A model generated the notes under the pieces. That model was not told the origin of the DNA and did no database searches. It worked only from the letters and a program-made list of their open reading frames with translations. From the NCBI RefSeq assembly GCF_009914755.1, contig NC_060925.1: a stretch of DNA of 64,000 bases. One strand, 5' to 3'. This document shows positions 42,872 to 57,599 of this stretch, piece by piece (position 1 is the stretch's first letter; each line of letters begins with the position of its first letter). The translations under genes and the position numbers were made by a program. This stretch comes from the human T2T-CHM13v2.0 reference genome, Homo sapiens.

Positions 42872-43760
42872 AAGAGGTATGAGGAGCCATTGAAATGCTT
42901 AAAGTTGAAGCATCACCTGGCTAGTTAGGCAGTGCTAGAGAAATAGGAAGACAACTGAAAGCAAAGCCGTCAGCTGGAAGACTATCCAAGAGTGTGGCAG
43001 TGGAGATGGTGTGGCAGGAGCAAACAAAAGGTTTAAGGAGCCTGAGACCAATAGGACTGGTTGCTGACGGTTAGGCAGGTGGGAAGGAAGTATGATGAGA
43101 TGTTTGATATGAATTTCAAATTTTTGACTTAAGAAGTTGGAGGTGCTGTTAGGAAGAGCTGGTTGGGGAGAAAAAAATACTAATATTTCAGTTTTAAACA
43201 TGTTTAATGTGAATATTTACGTGCAGCTCTACTCAGAAGGCAGTTGGAAGTATGGGAACAGAGCCTGCAAAGAGGTCTAGGCTGGAGACAGATAACCTGT
43301 GTTCCTCAGCATGTTGGTGGTTATTGAAGGCATGGGAGTAAGTGCAGTTGTTGAAGATAAGAAGGAAGAGTGAAACAGGAAAAGAGTTAAGGAAAGGAAA
43401 ATATTTAGGGCATACCAACATTTGGTAGATTTTTCAAAGGAAGATAAACCTCCAAAAGAAACTAGGAAGAAAACGTCAGGGAAGAGAAGGTCTAGGCCGG
43501 AATTGAATGATGTAAATCCAAAAGGATAGAGCTGACCAGGATGAAAGGGATTGGAAATGGTCTCAGTCAAATCAAACACAACCATACTGGAGGAAGGGAG
43601 GGAGAGACACAGAAGGACAGTTGTGTGTGCTTACATTTCTGATGTGACACAGCATTTTAAGAAACAGGCTGTGTCCTTGGAAGACAGAGACTAAATTGGT
43701 ATGAAGGTGAAGATTACAGTCAGGTAATCAAAGAGATTTATATTGATTCACATCAAATAA
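42872..43760 (-). mobile_element. L2 LINE (right part)
   Basis: gaggagccattgaa..ggaagactat..ttcagttttaaacatgtt..aggcagttggaagtatggg..ggtctaggctggaga purine-rich reverse L2 body. Confidence 0.7.
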
Positions 43761-43949
43761 ATGTGAAAGTGACCCAAGATGAGGGTTGCAGTACTTGGAA
43801 TGGAGAAGGATACTGTCAGCTGTGTGGGTATCGATACCTCCGTGTACGAGGTGCAACAACTCATAGTTAAACAGATTTTAGAAAAAGAGGAAAGTAATTA
43901 TTTCCTCCTCTGGGCAGCCACACTTAATCTTTTACCTTTATCTCACAGA

Positions 43950-44180
43950 TATCTCTTGAGATACCTATCACTTTGTAGTTTATAATAGAATTATTTCTGT
44001 GATTTCCTCACTTTCACATTTGTTTCTTTGTTCTGTCTATCTTCCGCTAGATTGTAGGCTGTTTAAGGGCCTGTGCTGTGTATTTTTCATTATTGCTTTA
44101 TCCTTACTACCTAACAAAGTGTCTGGTACATAATAAATACTCCATTGGAAACTATTGAATGAACAATTGAATGAACGGAT
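43950..44180 (+). mobile_element. L2 LINE 3' end
   Basis: ctagattgtaggct..cctaacaaagtgtctggtacataataaatactc..tattgaatgaacaattgaatga. Confidence 0.7.
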
Positions 44181-45259
44181 GAAAATGGAAGAGGGGGCAA
44201 AAAGAAAGAACAAAAGAGTCAGATGGTTAGAAAGGAAAATGAGTCATTCTCTCACTTCTCATGCTGGACAACAAGCCTTCCCTTGTGGACAGGTCCTTTG
44301 TCTTATCCGGTGCCATCAAGTATCACCAGCATAGTGTCTCTTGCAGAGTAGATCATCTAGAAATGTTGCTGGAGTGGATAAGTGGGAGCATTCCCAAAGC
44401 ATATTTTAATTTCGTAGGTTTTCTTTCTTTTTATACTTTATTAATTTTTTAATGTAACAAATAATTGAGGAAAAGTTATCAACAGATTGATTCATAAATA
44501 TAGTAAAGTATGCATATTCTGTATTTCACATATCTGATTTTATATGGTGATAGCCCTTTTGATTCTTCTGGAAAAGGAAACTCTTTATGACAAGATACAC
44601 TTCGTATTTGGTGGAGATTGAATCAATAAGTGGGGAAGGAAAAGCAAACTCCAAGGTGCTGTGGCTCTGCCTGTCGCAAGGTCACCAATTGACCTGTCAT
44701 CCCTTTGAAAGGCCATCCTTAAAGGAGCAGTTTAGAAGCATCTGCTCACTGGCACTCCCACTACCTATTTACCTTATTCAGTGTCTTTCTCCCTTTTTGT
44801 TATTCCCAATTCTTGTCTTTTTACTTTGGTGAACTAGAGAATCACTGTCTGCTTCAACTAAACGTGCATCATTATATCTCTAATCTTGGTTTTTCCTCAT
44901 GCCAGGAGAACTTAAGGGCCAGTCATTCATTCTTAGTGGTTGGAAATTCTACCCTATTCTGAATTATTACACAGGAAAAGTTAAGGTTTCTGAACCAGCT
45001 TGAAGGATGTGGCAGTGTTAGGAAGTCAAAAAATTGTTTACTGCATGCATCTACTTGTATTTTAGCTAAATATAATGAACTTTTTGTACCATGGTTATCT
45101 TTTCCTGCTATTCTTTCTGCTTGCTTTCTTGTTTTTATCTCTAAAGAAAATATCTGACAGCTAGATGACCCATTAGAACACATTATCTTTTAAATTATGT
45201 GTCATTATGTAAGTGCTTTTCCCACTTTCTTCTGCATTGTGTATTACTGGATATATTTA

Positions 45260-45285
45260 TTTTTTTTTTTTTTTTTTTTTTTTTT
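45260..45285 (+). repeat. T26 mononucleotide tract
   Basis: Uninterrupted poly-T. Confidence 0.95.
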
Positions 45286-45514
45286 GGTAACCTGGTAAAA
45301 TGCCAGTCTCTTTCTGATGTAAATTTCTCTTAGATCACCATAATAAAATGCTTTGTGTATTGCTGTACCCCTTAAGGGTTTTAAATGCTGTTCTCTGCTC
45401 TTTTGGAAGGAATATAAATTAAAATCTTCAGGCTCTCCCAGTGGGTGTAACATTACTATGAAACATTGTTGAATTTCCAAGTGTAGCTAAAATTGATTCA
45501 TTAAATTTCATTCT

Positions 45515-45690
45515 GCTAGAATCGTAAAATGTAAGAGATTAGGATGAGAACAGCCCTTATAGGTCATCCACTCCAACTTCCCTATTTAATAGATGAAGAA
45601 ATGAACCTCCAGAGACAGTGACTTACCCAAGGGCACAGAGCTACAAAGTGCCTTCAACAAGACTGGTTTCCATTTCACTGTACTCCTTAC
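45515..45690 (-). mobile_element. MIR fragment
   Basis: tttaatagatgaagaaatgaacctccagagacagtgacttacccaagggcacagagcta. Confidence 0.7.
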
Positions 45691-46796
45691 CAAACTCTGA
45701 CCCTTCATCTGGCAGACTCTTTGACCCACCTCCTCTTTCAGAATGACATTTCTCAGTGCCATTAGCCTTCTCCATAGCACTAGCAACATCTTCAGCCCAA
45801 GCTTTTTAATCATCACTTGTATTTTCTCTGGTTGAAAGTTATTTTATGGTAGAAATTGAGAACTATGAAGAAATTGTGCTAATTTAAAAATTTACTAAGT
45901 GCTATATCGTGGCCAGAGTTAATGCAAATTCTCAAAATGTCTAAACTGTTCCTAAAGAGACCTACAAAGCAAAAGAATATAGTTTTTCCTCTTAGTTTAT
46001 TGTCTATGAAGATCATATACAATGTTATGATGACACATAGTTTCATAAACTGATGGAAATTAGAATTGACAATAAAATGCTATGTTCTTCTACCCGATGG
46101 ATCGAGGACCATATAGGAGGGTAGTTTCTTAATTTATTGAAATCTGCTTTTATTCTATGATATAAATAGAATAAAATAGTAAACCTCAACTCTCTCATCT
46201 ATAAAGTGAGGACATTTAAATACTGTGTACACAATTGAGGATTGGAATAACACTTATAACTTCCCATATAATTTATTATAATTAGTTTAAAGGAGTGTTT
46301 TTTTCTCTAATACAAAATTTAACATAAAACTTTTAATATATATTTGTACAAAATGGTTCATTATAAATGTATGTCAACTCTAATTGCCTTCCATTTAAAC
46401 TTACAATTAAGTCTGTTGTAGTAGATTCTAGATCAAATATGTATGTGTGTATTTACAGTTAACTTGGAGACTTATAGTTATAAGACTAGTGTCCTCAGTG
46501 ACTGCTATCTTCTGATTAAACTCTGAAAAATTAAGAGAGTCCATTTTAAAGCCTCTGATTGTGGAAAATACTTCTTGGTTGACATTAATACTGTCCATTC
46601 AATGCACTTCATAGAACATTTAACTTATTGTAAGATCATTGGCAGCAGTCTTATATATATTTCTAGTACAGTGAATGTTTAGTCAGAAAATGTACTTTCC
46701 TTGTAAAATCTATAGCTATTCATAATTTCTTCCTCTCAGTAAACTAACCAAAAATAGTTGTCTTAATCAGGTTTTATTGTTTTTCTTTCTTCACAG

Positions 46797-46907
46797 CTCC
46801 GACAGTTAGTTAATATGTGCATCAACCCAGATCCAGAGAAGCGACCAGACGTCACCTATGTTTATGACGTAGCAAAGAGGATGCATGCATGCACTGCAAG
46901 CAGCTAA
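46797..46907 (+). CDS. NEK7: NEK7 terminal exon coding part (probably exon 10), L267-S302 and stop
   Basis: tttcttcacag|CTC CGA...AGC AGC TAA; LRQLVNMCINPDPEKRPDVTYVYDVAKRMHACTASS*. Confidence 0.98.
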   Translation, partial: LRQLVNMCINPDPEKRPDVTYVYDVAKRMHACTASS

Positions 46908-49810
46908 ACATGCAAGATCATGAAGAGTGTAACCAAAGTAATTGAAAGTATTTTGTGCAAGTCATACCTCCCCATTTATGTCTGGTGTTAAGATTAATAT
47001 TTCAGAGCTAGTGTGCTTTGAATCCTTAACCAGTTTTCATATAAGCTTCATTTTGTACCAGTCACCTAAATCACCTCCTTGCAACCCCCAAATGACTTTG
47101 GAATAACTGAATTGCATGTTAGGAGAGAAAATGAAACATGATGGTTTTGAATGGCTAAAGGTTTATAGAATTTCTTACAGTTTTCTGCTGATAAATTGTG
47201 TTTAGATAGACTGTCAGTGCCAAATATTGAAGGTGCAGCTTGGCACACATCAGAATAGACTCATACCTGAGAAAAAGTATCTGAACATGTGACTTGTTTC
47301 TTTTTTAGTAATTTATGGACATTGAGATGAACACAATTGTGAACTTTTGTGAAGATTTTATTTTTAAACGTTTGAAGTACTAGTTTTAGTTCTTAGCAGA
47401 GTAGTTTTCAAATATGATTCTTATGATAAATGTAGACACAAACTATTTGAGAAACATTTAGAACTCTTAGCTTATACATTCAAAATGTAACTATTAAATG
47501 TGAAGATTTGGGGACAAAATGTGAGTCAGACACTGAAGAGTTTTTTGTTTTGTTTTAATATTTTTGATATTCTCTTTGCATTGAAATGGTATAAATGAAT
47601 CCATTTAAAAAGTGGTTAAGGATTTGTTTAGCTGGTGTGATAATAATTTTTAAAGTTGCACATTGCCCAAGGCTTTTTTTGTGTGTTTTTATTGTTGTTT
47701 GTACATTTGAAAAATATTCTTTGAATAACCTTGCAGTACTATATTTCAATTTCTTTATAAATTTAAGTGCATTTTAACTCATAATTGTACACTATAATAT
47801 AAGCCTAAGTTTTTATTCATAAGTTTTATTGAAGTTCTGATCGGTCCCCTTCAGAAATTTTTTTATATTATTCTTCAAGTTACTTTCTTATTTATATTGT
47901 ATGTGCATTTTATCCATTAATGTTTCATACTTTCTGAGAGTATAATACCCTTTTAAAAGATATTTGGTATACCAATACTTTTCCTGGATTGAAAACTTTT
48001 TTTAAACTTTTTAAAATTTGGGCCACTCTGTATGCATATGTTTGGTCTTGTTAAAGAGGAAGAAAGGATGTGTGTTATACTGTACCTGTGAATGTTGATA
48101 CAGTTACAATTTATTTGACAAGGTTGTAATTCTAGAATATGCTTAATAAAATGAAAACTGGCCATGACTACAGCCAGAACTGTTATGAGATTAACATTTC
48201 TATTGAGAAGCTTTTGAGTAAAGTACTGTATTTGTTCATGAAGATGACTGAGATGGTAACACTTCGTGTAGCTTAAGGAAATGGGCAGAATTTCGTAAAT
48301 GCTGTTGTGCAGATGTGTTTTCCCTGAATGCTTTCGTATTAGTGGCGACCAGTTTCTCACAGAATTGTGAAGCCTGAAGGCCAAGAGGAAGTCACTGTTA
48401 AAGGACTCTGTGCCATCTTACAACCTTGGATGAATTATCCTGCCAACGTGAAAACCTCATGTTCAAAGAACACTTCCCTTTAGCCGATGTAACTGCTGGT
48501 TTTGTTTTTCATATGTGTTTTTCTTACACTCATTTGAATGCTTTCAAGCATTTGTAAACTTAAAAAATGTATAAAGGGCAAAAAGTCTGAACCCTTGTTT
48601 TCTGAAATCTAATCAGTTATGTATGGTTTCTGAAGGGTAATTTTATTTTGGAATAGGTAAAGGAAACCTGTTTTGTTTGTTTTTCCTGAGGGCTAGATGC
48701 ATTTTTTTTCTCACACTCTTAATGACTTTTAACATTTATACTGAGCATCCATAGATATATTCCTAGAAGTATGAGAAGAATTATTCTTATTGACCATTAA
48801 TGTCATGTTCATTTTAATGTAATATAATTGAGATGAAATGTTCTCTGGTTGGAACAGATACTCTCTTTTTTTTCTTGCAATCTTTAAGAATACATAGATC
48901 TAAAATTCATTAGCTTGACCCCTCAAAGTAACTTTTAAGTAAAGATTAAAGCTTTTCTTCTCAGTGAATATATCTGCTAGAAGGAAATAGCTGGGAAGAA
49001 TTTAATGATCAGGGAAATTCATTATTTCTATATGTGGAAACTTTTTGCTTCGAATATTGTATCTTTTTAAATCTAAATGTTCATATTTTTCCTGAAGAAA
49101 CCACTGTGTAAAAATCAAATTTTAATTTTGAATGGAATAATTTCAAAGAACTATGAAGATGATTTGAAGCTCTAATTTATATAGTCACCTATAAAATGTT
49201 CTTTATATGTGTTCATAAGTAAATTTTATATTGATTAAGTTAAACTTTTGAATTGATTTGAGGAGCAGTAAAATGAAAGCTATATCTATTCTAAACCTTA
49301 TTTAGACATTGGTACCAGTTACCCAGGTGAAAATATGGAGTAACTTTGTTTTGTATGGTAAGGTTTAGGAATGGTGGATGAAGGGTATCTCTATATAAAT
49401 AAAGTGCTCAACAATGTGCAATGATTGTAAATTTAGTAAGATATTACAGCCATTTCATGAATGCTTTACCATTCAACATAGTATCTATTACAAAACACCT
49501 TTCTTGTATCCATATACTTCAGGTGTTGCTGTTAACATTTACTATGATATTTATTTTAACCAAAATGTTACTCACATTAAATGTTTATTCTTTAAAATGA
49601 ATGTATTATGTTTTTAACCCACAAATGCATACTTACCCTGTGCCTCATATTTCAATAGTACTGTAATATGGACATCTTTTGTGAAATACTTTTATTTTGT
49701 TATGCTTTAAATATACATACAAAAAGATTTCTGTTATTAGCTTTGAAAATTGTATAATATCCTAATATAAACAAAAATATAAAAATAAAAATGAATACAG
49801 TAAAATGTCT
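46908..49810 (+). other. NEK7: NEK7 3'UTR (~2.9 kb, AU-rich, no recognisable interspersed repeat)
   Basis: Follows the stop codon and ends at a well-formed poly(A) site; 3' end approximate. Confidence 0.85.
49784..49789 (+). terminator. Likely main NEK7 polyadenylation signal
   Basis: AATAAA with upstream TGTA (49751-49754) and downstream GU/U-rich tgtctgggtatctatgatttttt (49806-49828); repeats resume ~300 bp later. Confidence 0.8.
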
Positions 49811-50106
49811 GGGTATCTATGATTTTTTCCCCTAAAGTCTTCCATTTTTTATTTTACTTAATACTTAATGTACAGAAACAGTTCTTACGCATTTTCATAA
49901 CTTTGCCATTTTGGAGAAGCTTAAGAATTGGAATAGACAAGGGTGATAACAGAGATTACACAAATCCTAAAAAGTAGTTTTATCAACATGCATTAAACTA
50001 AGGACATCTTCAGGACATCATTTTCTGTTTTTGAATGAGAAACGTTTTCTAAAAGGTAAAAAAAAAAAAAAAGGAATATTAATCTTACTGCTTTGAATCT
50101 TTAGAG

Positions 50107-50329
50107 CAGGGGTGTCCAATCTTTTGGCTTCCCTGGGCCACATTGGAAGAAGAATTGTCTTGGGCCACACATAAAATGTGCTAAGACTAACAATAGCTGA
50201 TGAACTAAAGAAAAAATAGCAAAAAAAAATCTCATAATGTTTTTTAAAAGTTTACAAATTTGTATTGTACTGCATTCAAAGCCATTCTGGGCCGCATGCG
50301 GCTCATGGGCTGTGGGTTGGACAAGCTTG
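50107..50329 (+). mobile_element. MER30 hAT-Charlie MITE, full length
   Basis: caggggtgtccaatcttttggcttccctgggccac...gggttggacaagcttg; perfect 8-bp TSD ctttagag (50099-50106 / 50330-50337). Confidence 0.93.
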
Positions 50330-51245
50330 CTTTAGAGTCTAAAATTTACATGACAGATTCAATTCCTGTCATTGTAATGGGCTGCTAAGAATGTTACAGA
50401 TGGTTTATGTTGAGTGTTATCTTCACATAATAAATGAAGGTTACTGCTATACCTGAAAACTGAGTCTGAAAGATCTTAGCGGGATGAAACCTACCAGACT
50501 GTTGGTACAGTGAGTGGATATACCTTACACATCAGAATTATATTCCAAATATACCGTCATGAAGAATGACCCATTTTGTAATAATTTTAGTCACAAGACA
50601 GTGGGGCTAGTTATGAATTTTTATTTCAAAAAAGTATACTTGTTTTTAGGCATATATGCTTAAATATATTAATTGGTACAGCTGTAAGTACCATTAAATT
50701 GATGCAATTACTTTTTAAAATCAGAATGATGACATTATTAACAAAGACAACTGCAGTGAATCCCTTGAGTTATCGAAAGACTTCCATGAAGTTGTTGCGT
50801 TCTTTTTAATTACATGTGAATTTCTGGAAAATTAATGATGATTAACAGACAAATATGTGAATGTTTGCAAAGTTTCTATTTAATTGAGAGATTTATTTGA
50901 GGGAGTTTTCTTTCTGGTCTTCTTAGATACCAATTTCAATGTTCGCTTGGGTACCTAAATCTATTTTTAAACCTTGAAAAAGTCAAAGGAAATTTTAAAG
51001 TTAGGATTCGTAACCAGGGGGTTCGAGTACCTTATTTTTACTATGAGTGTTACAATGCATAGGAAATCATTTTTTCACTCCTTTCTCAAAATGAAATCCT
51101 GTATATAAATTAATTAATTGCTCATATCCTCACTTTCTCACATATATTATAGGGATATCATTTCCTAACTCTACAGGATAATTGTAATGCATTTTATAAT
51201 GACTAAATGCAATGCTGCATATTCTCTTCTACACTCGCGTAATAA

Positions 51246-51325
51246 AGAGCTACATTTATCAAGCACTAATAGTGATAAATGTAGCAGAGCTACATTTATC
51301 AAGCACTAATAGTGATAAATGTAGC
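51246..51325. repeat. Perfect 2 x 40-bp tandem repeat inside a larger inverted repeat
   Basis: agagctacatttatcaagcactaatagtgataaatgtagc at 51246-51285 and 51286-51325. Confidence 0.97.
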
Positions 51326-51345
51326 TCTTCATACACGAGTGTTGA

Positions 51346-51631
<286 letters not shown>

Positions 51632-51649
51632 TGGCCTAGTTTTTCTAAG

Positions 51650-51975
51650 GCCCCAGGCTCTTTCTCACATTAGGAACAGTGTAGCTTAAATGGCTCCTCC
51701 CTTTTTGCTAGCAAAAAAAAAATCCAACTAATCTTTCAAAGCTGACTTTAAATACCCTTTTTCAGGAGCCACCAAGTACATTCTGTACTTTTCCATTTAG
51801 TGCTTACCCCAACTGTAGCCAAGTGATTGCTTGCGTGATTCTTTAATTTCAATCTCCCTGATAGATAAATGCTAGAACGAAAAATACTTCCTGCGTTGTT
51901 CACTATGGTGTTCGACACTTAATAGCACAGTGCCTGATTTGTGGTACTAGTTTATTTTTGCTGAATTAATAAATG
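51650..51975 (+). mobile_element. L2 LINE 3' fragment
   Basis: atctttcaaagctgactttaaat..tagcacagtgcctga..ttgctgaattaataaatg. Confidence 0.6.
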
Positions 51976-52849
51976 AGCATTATCCAAGCACCACAGAGTG
52001 TTGAACATAGATGCAAAACATCAAAAATCAGGAAAGACTGGGACAAAGAAACAGGTAAGAGATGCAAAAACAAAGAAGCTAAACCAAAAGAAAATTTTGA
52101 AGTTATCATTTTCATGGGTTGCAAAGAAATTGAAAGTGATAAGGAATGAGATTAGGCCCCTGGACTTAATGAGAAACACATCGTAACGTCTTCAGAGCAG
52201 CCATGTCAGGAGACTAGAATAGGAAACATTGGGGTAAAAATAGGAATGACGGCATATGGAGAAAAATCAGATGATAATCGGAAGTGGTAGCAGATCGTTT
52301 TTTTAAAAATTAAGTTTAAAAGTTAAGAGAATTAGCAAATGAAGAAGAAACTGAAGGTTTTAGAGAGGGAGTGCAAAAGGTGGTAAAGAATGGGATCCAC
52401 AGAAAGGATTGGTCTATTAACCACAAACAATTATCAAGTAACCTGTGTACTAGACCCACATGTACAGTCTTAAGCAAAATGATTCTGTTTTTATGGACTT
52501 AAAAATCAAGTTGGGAAGAAACACATGTAACAGAAATATAAATATATAAATGCAAGTTTTGATGAGTGCTATAAAGGAAGAGAAAGACCGAGAGAGTGAC
52601 ATTTAAATTAAGATTCGTAAAAGGACTCAGCCAAAGAACAAACAAGGGGAAGATCATGCCAGGCAGAGGAAGAAGACCTGTGAAGATCTTGGGGTGAGCG
52701 GTAACTCTGCTATCTAAGATGCAAAAGAAGATGAAAGTGGGTGGGTAGGGGGTGGAGTAACGCAAGGTAAGTTTGGAGGTGTACCTTTCCTCTCTACTTG
52801 CAATAATCAGCAATTTAAATGGGGGAAAATCATGATAGTTAAAATTATA

Positions 52850-54130
52850 AAATGCTTAGAAAAATGATCAAGAAAGGTGTACGACTTCTATGAATAGAAT
52901 TATAAAATCTTGTTGAAGGACACAAAGCAAATCCTGAACAAATAGAGAAAGAGATCATGTTATTGAATGGGAAGATTAATATAAATATCAAGCATTCTAT
53001 AATATTAGTATTGCAGTATCAATCCGATTCCCACTTTCTTTTTGGAACCAGATAGAATGATGTTAAAGTTCATATGAAAAAATATATTAAAAAGAATAGT
53101 GAAGAACATTTTTAAAAGCAAAAATGGGCTGCACTTATCAAATATGAAAACTTACCATAAAAATAATTAAAACAATTTGGAATTGGCAAGGAATATAGGT
53201 AGATAGAGTGGTGGGGCAAAAAAGGTCAAACATACACCCAAGTATTATTGGATCATACATGAAAGAGAGGACTTCTGTTTATGGGAAAAACTTCTATGTG
53301 CATTTCATTAAAAGGTACTAGTACAACTGTTCACTGAAAGAAAAAAAAAAAAGATTCCTAACTCTACATAGAAAAGTAAATACCAGATGAATTAATGATG
53401 TAATTTCTTTCAGAAAGCAGAAATTATTAGGAGAAAATTTAGGAAGCACAACCTTGGGAGTGAGTGACCTATATAAGGTAGACAGAAAACTTGGAAAAAA
53501 ATGAATAAATGGCAATGGATAGGAAAAATCAAAATACAAGAATAAACTGAGGACTACATACAAGTAAATATCCTCAGATTCGTAAGTGAAATAGGTAAGT
53601 AAAAAGGCAAGCAAATAGAAAAAAGGAACAAAAGATTTAAGTGGACAATTCACAGTGGAAGAACATCAATAATCAATAGCAGAAGAAATCAGTCAATAAA
53701 CATGAAAAGTTATGTCTTCCAAGGTTGGAGAAGATGGAGGAAATGCACTCTTCTGGTTGTTGGCAGTGTGAATTGTGAATAAAAAGTAATCTGGCATTAT
53801 GTGTTAAATACACGTATTCACTTTGACATAGCAATCTGGAGAATCTATTCTACAGAAACAAAAGCAGCAGCTTATAAAGATTGTCTCTCTGTTTCACTGT
53901 TTTTCCAAAGATTGTTATTGCAGCATAGTATACGGTGGAAAAATAACTGGAAGAAGAGGAACGCTGAATGTCTGTGAATAATAGGGCATTGATTGAATAA
54001 ATTATTTTACACTCCTGTTATTAATAAAAAGATGGATTTGGCTTTATATCTTTTCCTTAAGTCCATGATGCTTCTTTCCATAATAATATGAGTTCCAAGC
54101 CAATATATGGTGGTTCCCTTTAAAAACAAC
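52850..54130 (+). mobile_element. Ancient L1 (L1M/L1ME) ORF2-3' fragment
   Basis: aattataaaatcttgttgaaggacac..tgaatgggaagattaatata..ggacaattcacagtggaagaa..ttgacatagcaat degenerate L1 ORF2 motifs. Confidence 0.7.
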
Positions 54131-54344
54131 AAAACTAAGTGTGCTTATGTTTGAATGTGTTTACATTAACATACAGGAAGGTAAGGATGAACACAAACTA
54201 AGCTGCTAACATTAATCATCTTAAGAGGATAGATGGCAAAGAACGTGACCAATATAGTTATATTCTTCTTTATACATCTTTGTAATTTTTTTTTTGTTCA
54301 GTACGAAACATGGATTTTTTTTTTTCCTAATTAAAATAACTCTT

Positions 54345-54620
54345 GCCTGGGTACAGTGGCTCACACCTATAATCCCAGACTTTAGGAGTTCCAGGCAGGA
54401 GGATCACTTGAGGCCAGCCTGAGCAACATAGCAAGACCGTGTCTTTTTTCAAAACATAATTTTTTTTTTTTTTCAGTTAGCTGGGCACAGTGGTGCATGC
54501 CTGTGGTCCTAGCTATGCAGAAGGATCGCTTGAGCCCAAGAGTTCCAGGTTCAGTGAGCTATGATCACACCACTGCACTCCAGCCTCGGTGACAGAGATC
54601 CCAACTCTAAAATAATAAGG
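54345..54620 (+). mobile_element. AluJ-like SINE, degenerate with small deletions
   Basis: ggaggatcacttgaggcc..gcaacatagcaagacc..gcttgagcccaagagttc..gagctatgatc (J-type diagnostics). Confidence 0.88.
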
Positions 54621-54639
54621 AAATTAACTCATTTTTAAC

Positions 54640-56799
<2,160 letters not shown>

Positions 56800-57599
56800 T
56801 CAAATGTCACAAGAGTACAGTTATTAACTAATCATCCAGATACATGCATATAACTTAAATACCTGGGACCATAAATATTGAATGTAAGCATAAATATTGA
56901 ATCAGTAGATTTCTCGGAATGAATTCAACAAATGGCGTCTCTTTCAATAATATCTTATTACATAGCTAGATGTTGCTTCCATCCAATATTTTTCCTTAAC
57001 TTTGATAAGTATGTATTTCATTTAGTAAACTGTTAATGTTCAGCAAATATCAAAAAATGTTGTTCCAGTCTGTTGTATTAGTTACTCTTGACTTTTAGTG
57101 TTCCGTTATTCCCTGCATTATTTCACCTCTATGAAATAAGTTATTATTTCACCTCTATGCTAATATTTATTAATCTAATAGAACACTGCATATTAGGTGT
57201 TATAGATCATGGAACTCCTGTGGTGTTTTCTAAATAAAACCACCTCTGCAGGTCCAGGTGTGGATCTTACTTTGCAGAACACCTCCCCTTTGCTCACTTC
57301 ACATCAGCACTGTAACAAGACCGGCATATTATACAAATGGACTTTTTAAAAGGCTATCCTGATGTAAAAGAACAGGACCATTTCATGAAAAATATATGTC
57401 ACACTAAGAAGCCACAGTCTTTCAAATGTAGAATGCCAAATTACTATTTTATTGTATGTAGAGCTGATAACCTCAGAGTACGGAAAGGACACCAGGTACT
57501 CTCCCCATCCTTAAACATATATGCCAGCCCATCCAATCAACAAGGTATCAAATTAAATTTGATTTTAAATCTAAATATTGTTTTGGAATAAAGCCTATA

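Noticed and set aside
47953-48384. 143-aa antisense ORF in the 3'UTR
   Set aside because: Non-ATG start, no homology or coding-like composition
50058-50072. A15 run as a transcript end or retrocopy tail
   Set aside because: Genomic A-tract with no TSD or upstream retro-sequence; more likely an oligo-dT internal-priming site
51246-51325. CRISPR-like palindromic repeats
   Set aside because: Only two adjacent copies, no spacer, no cas genes, human genomic context
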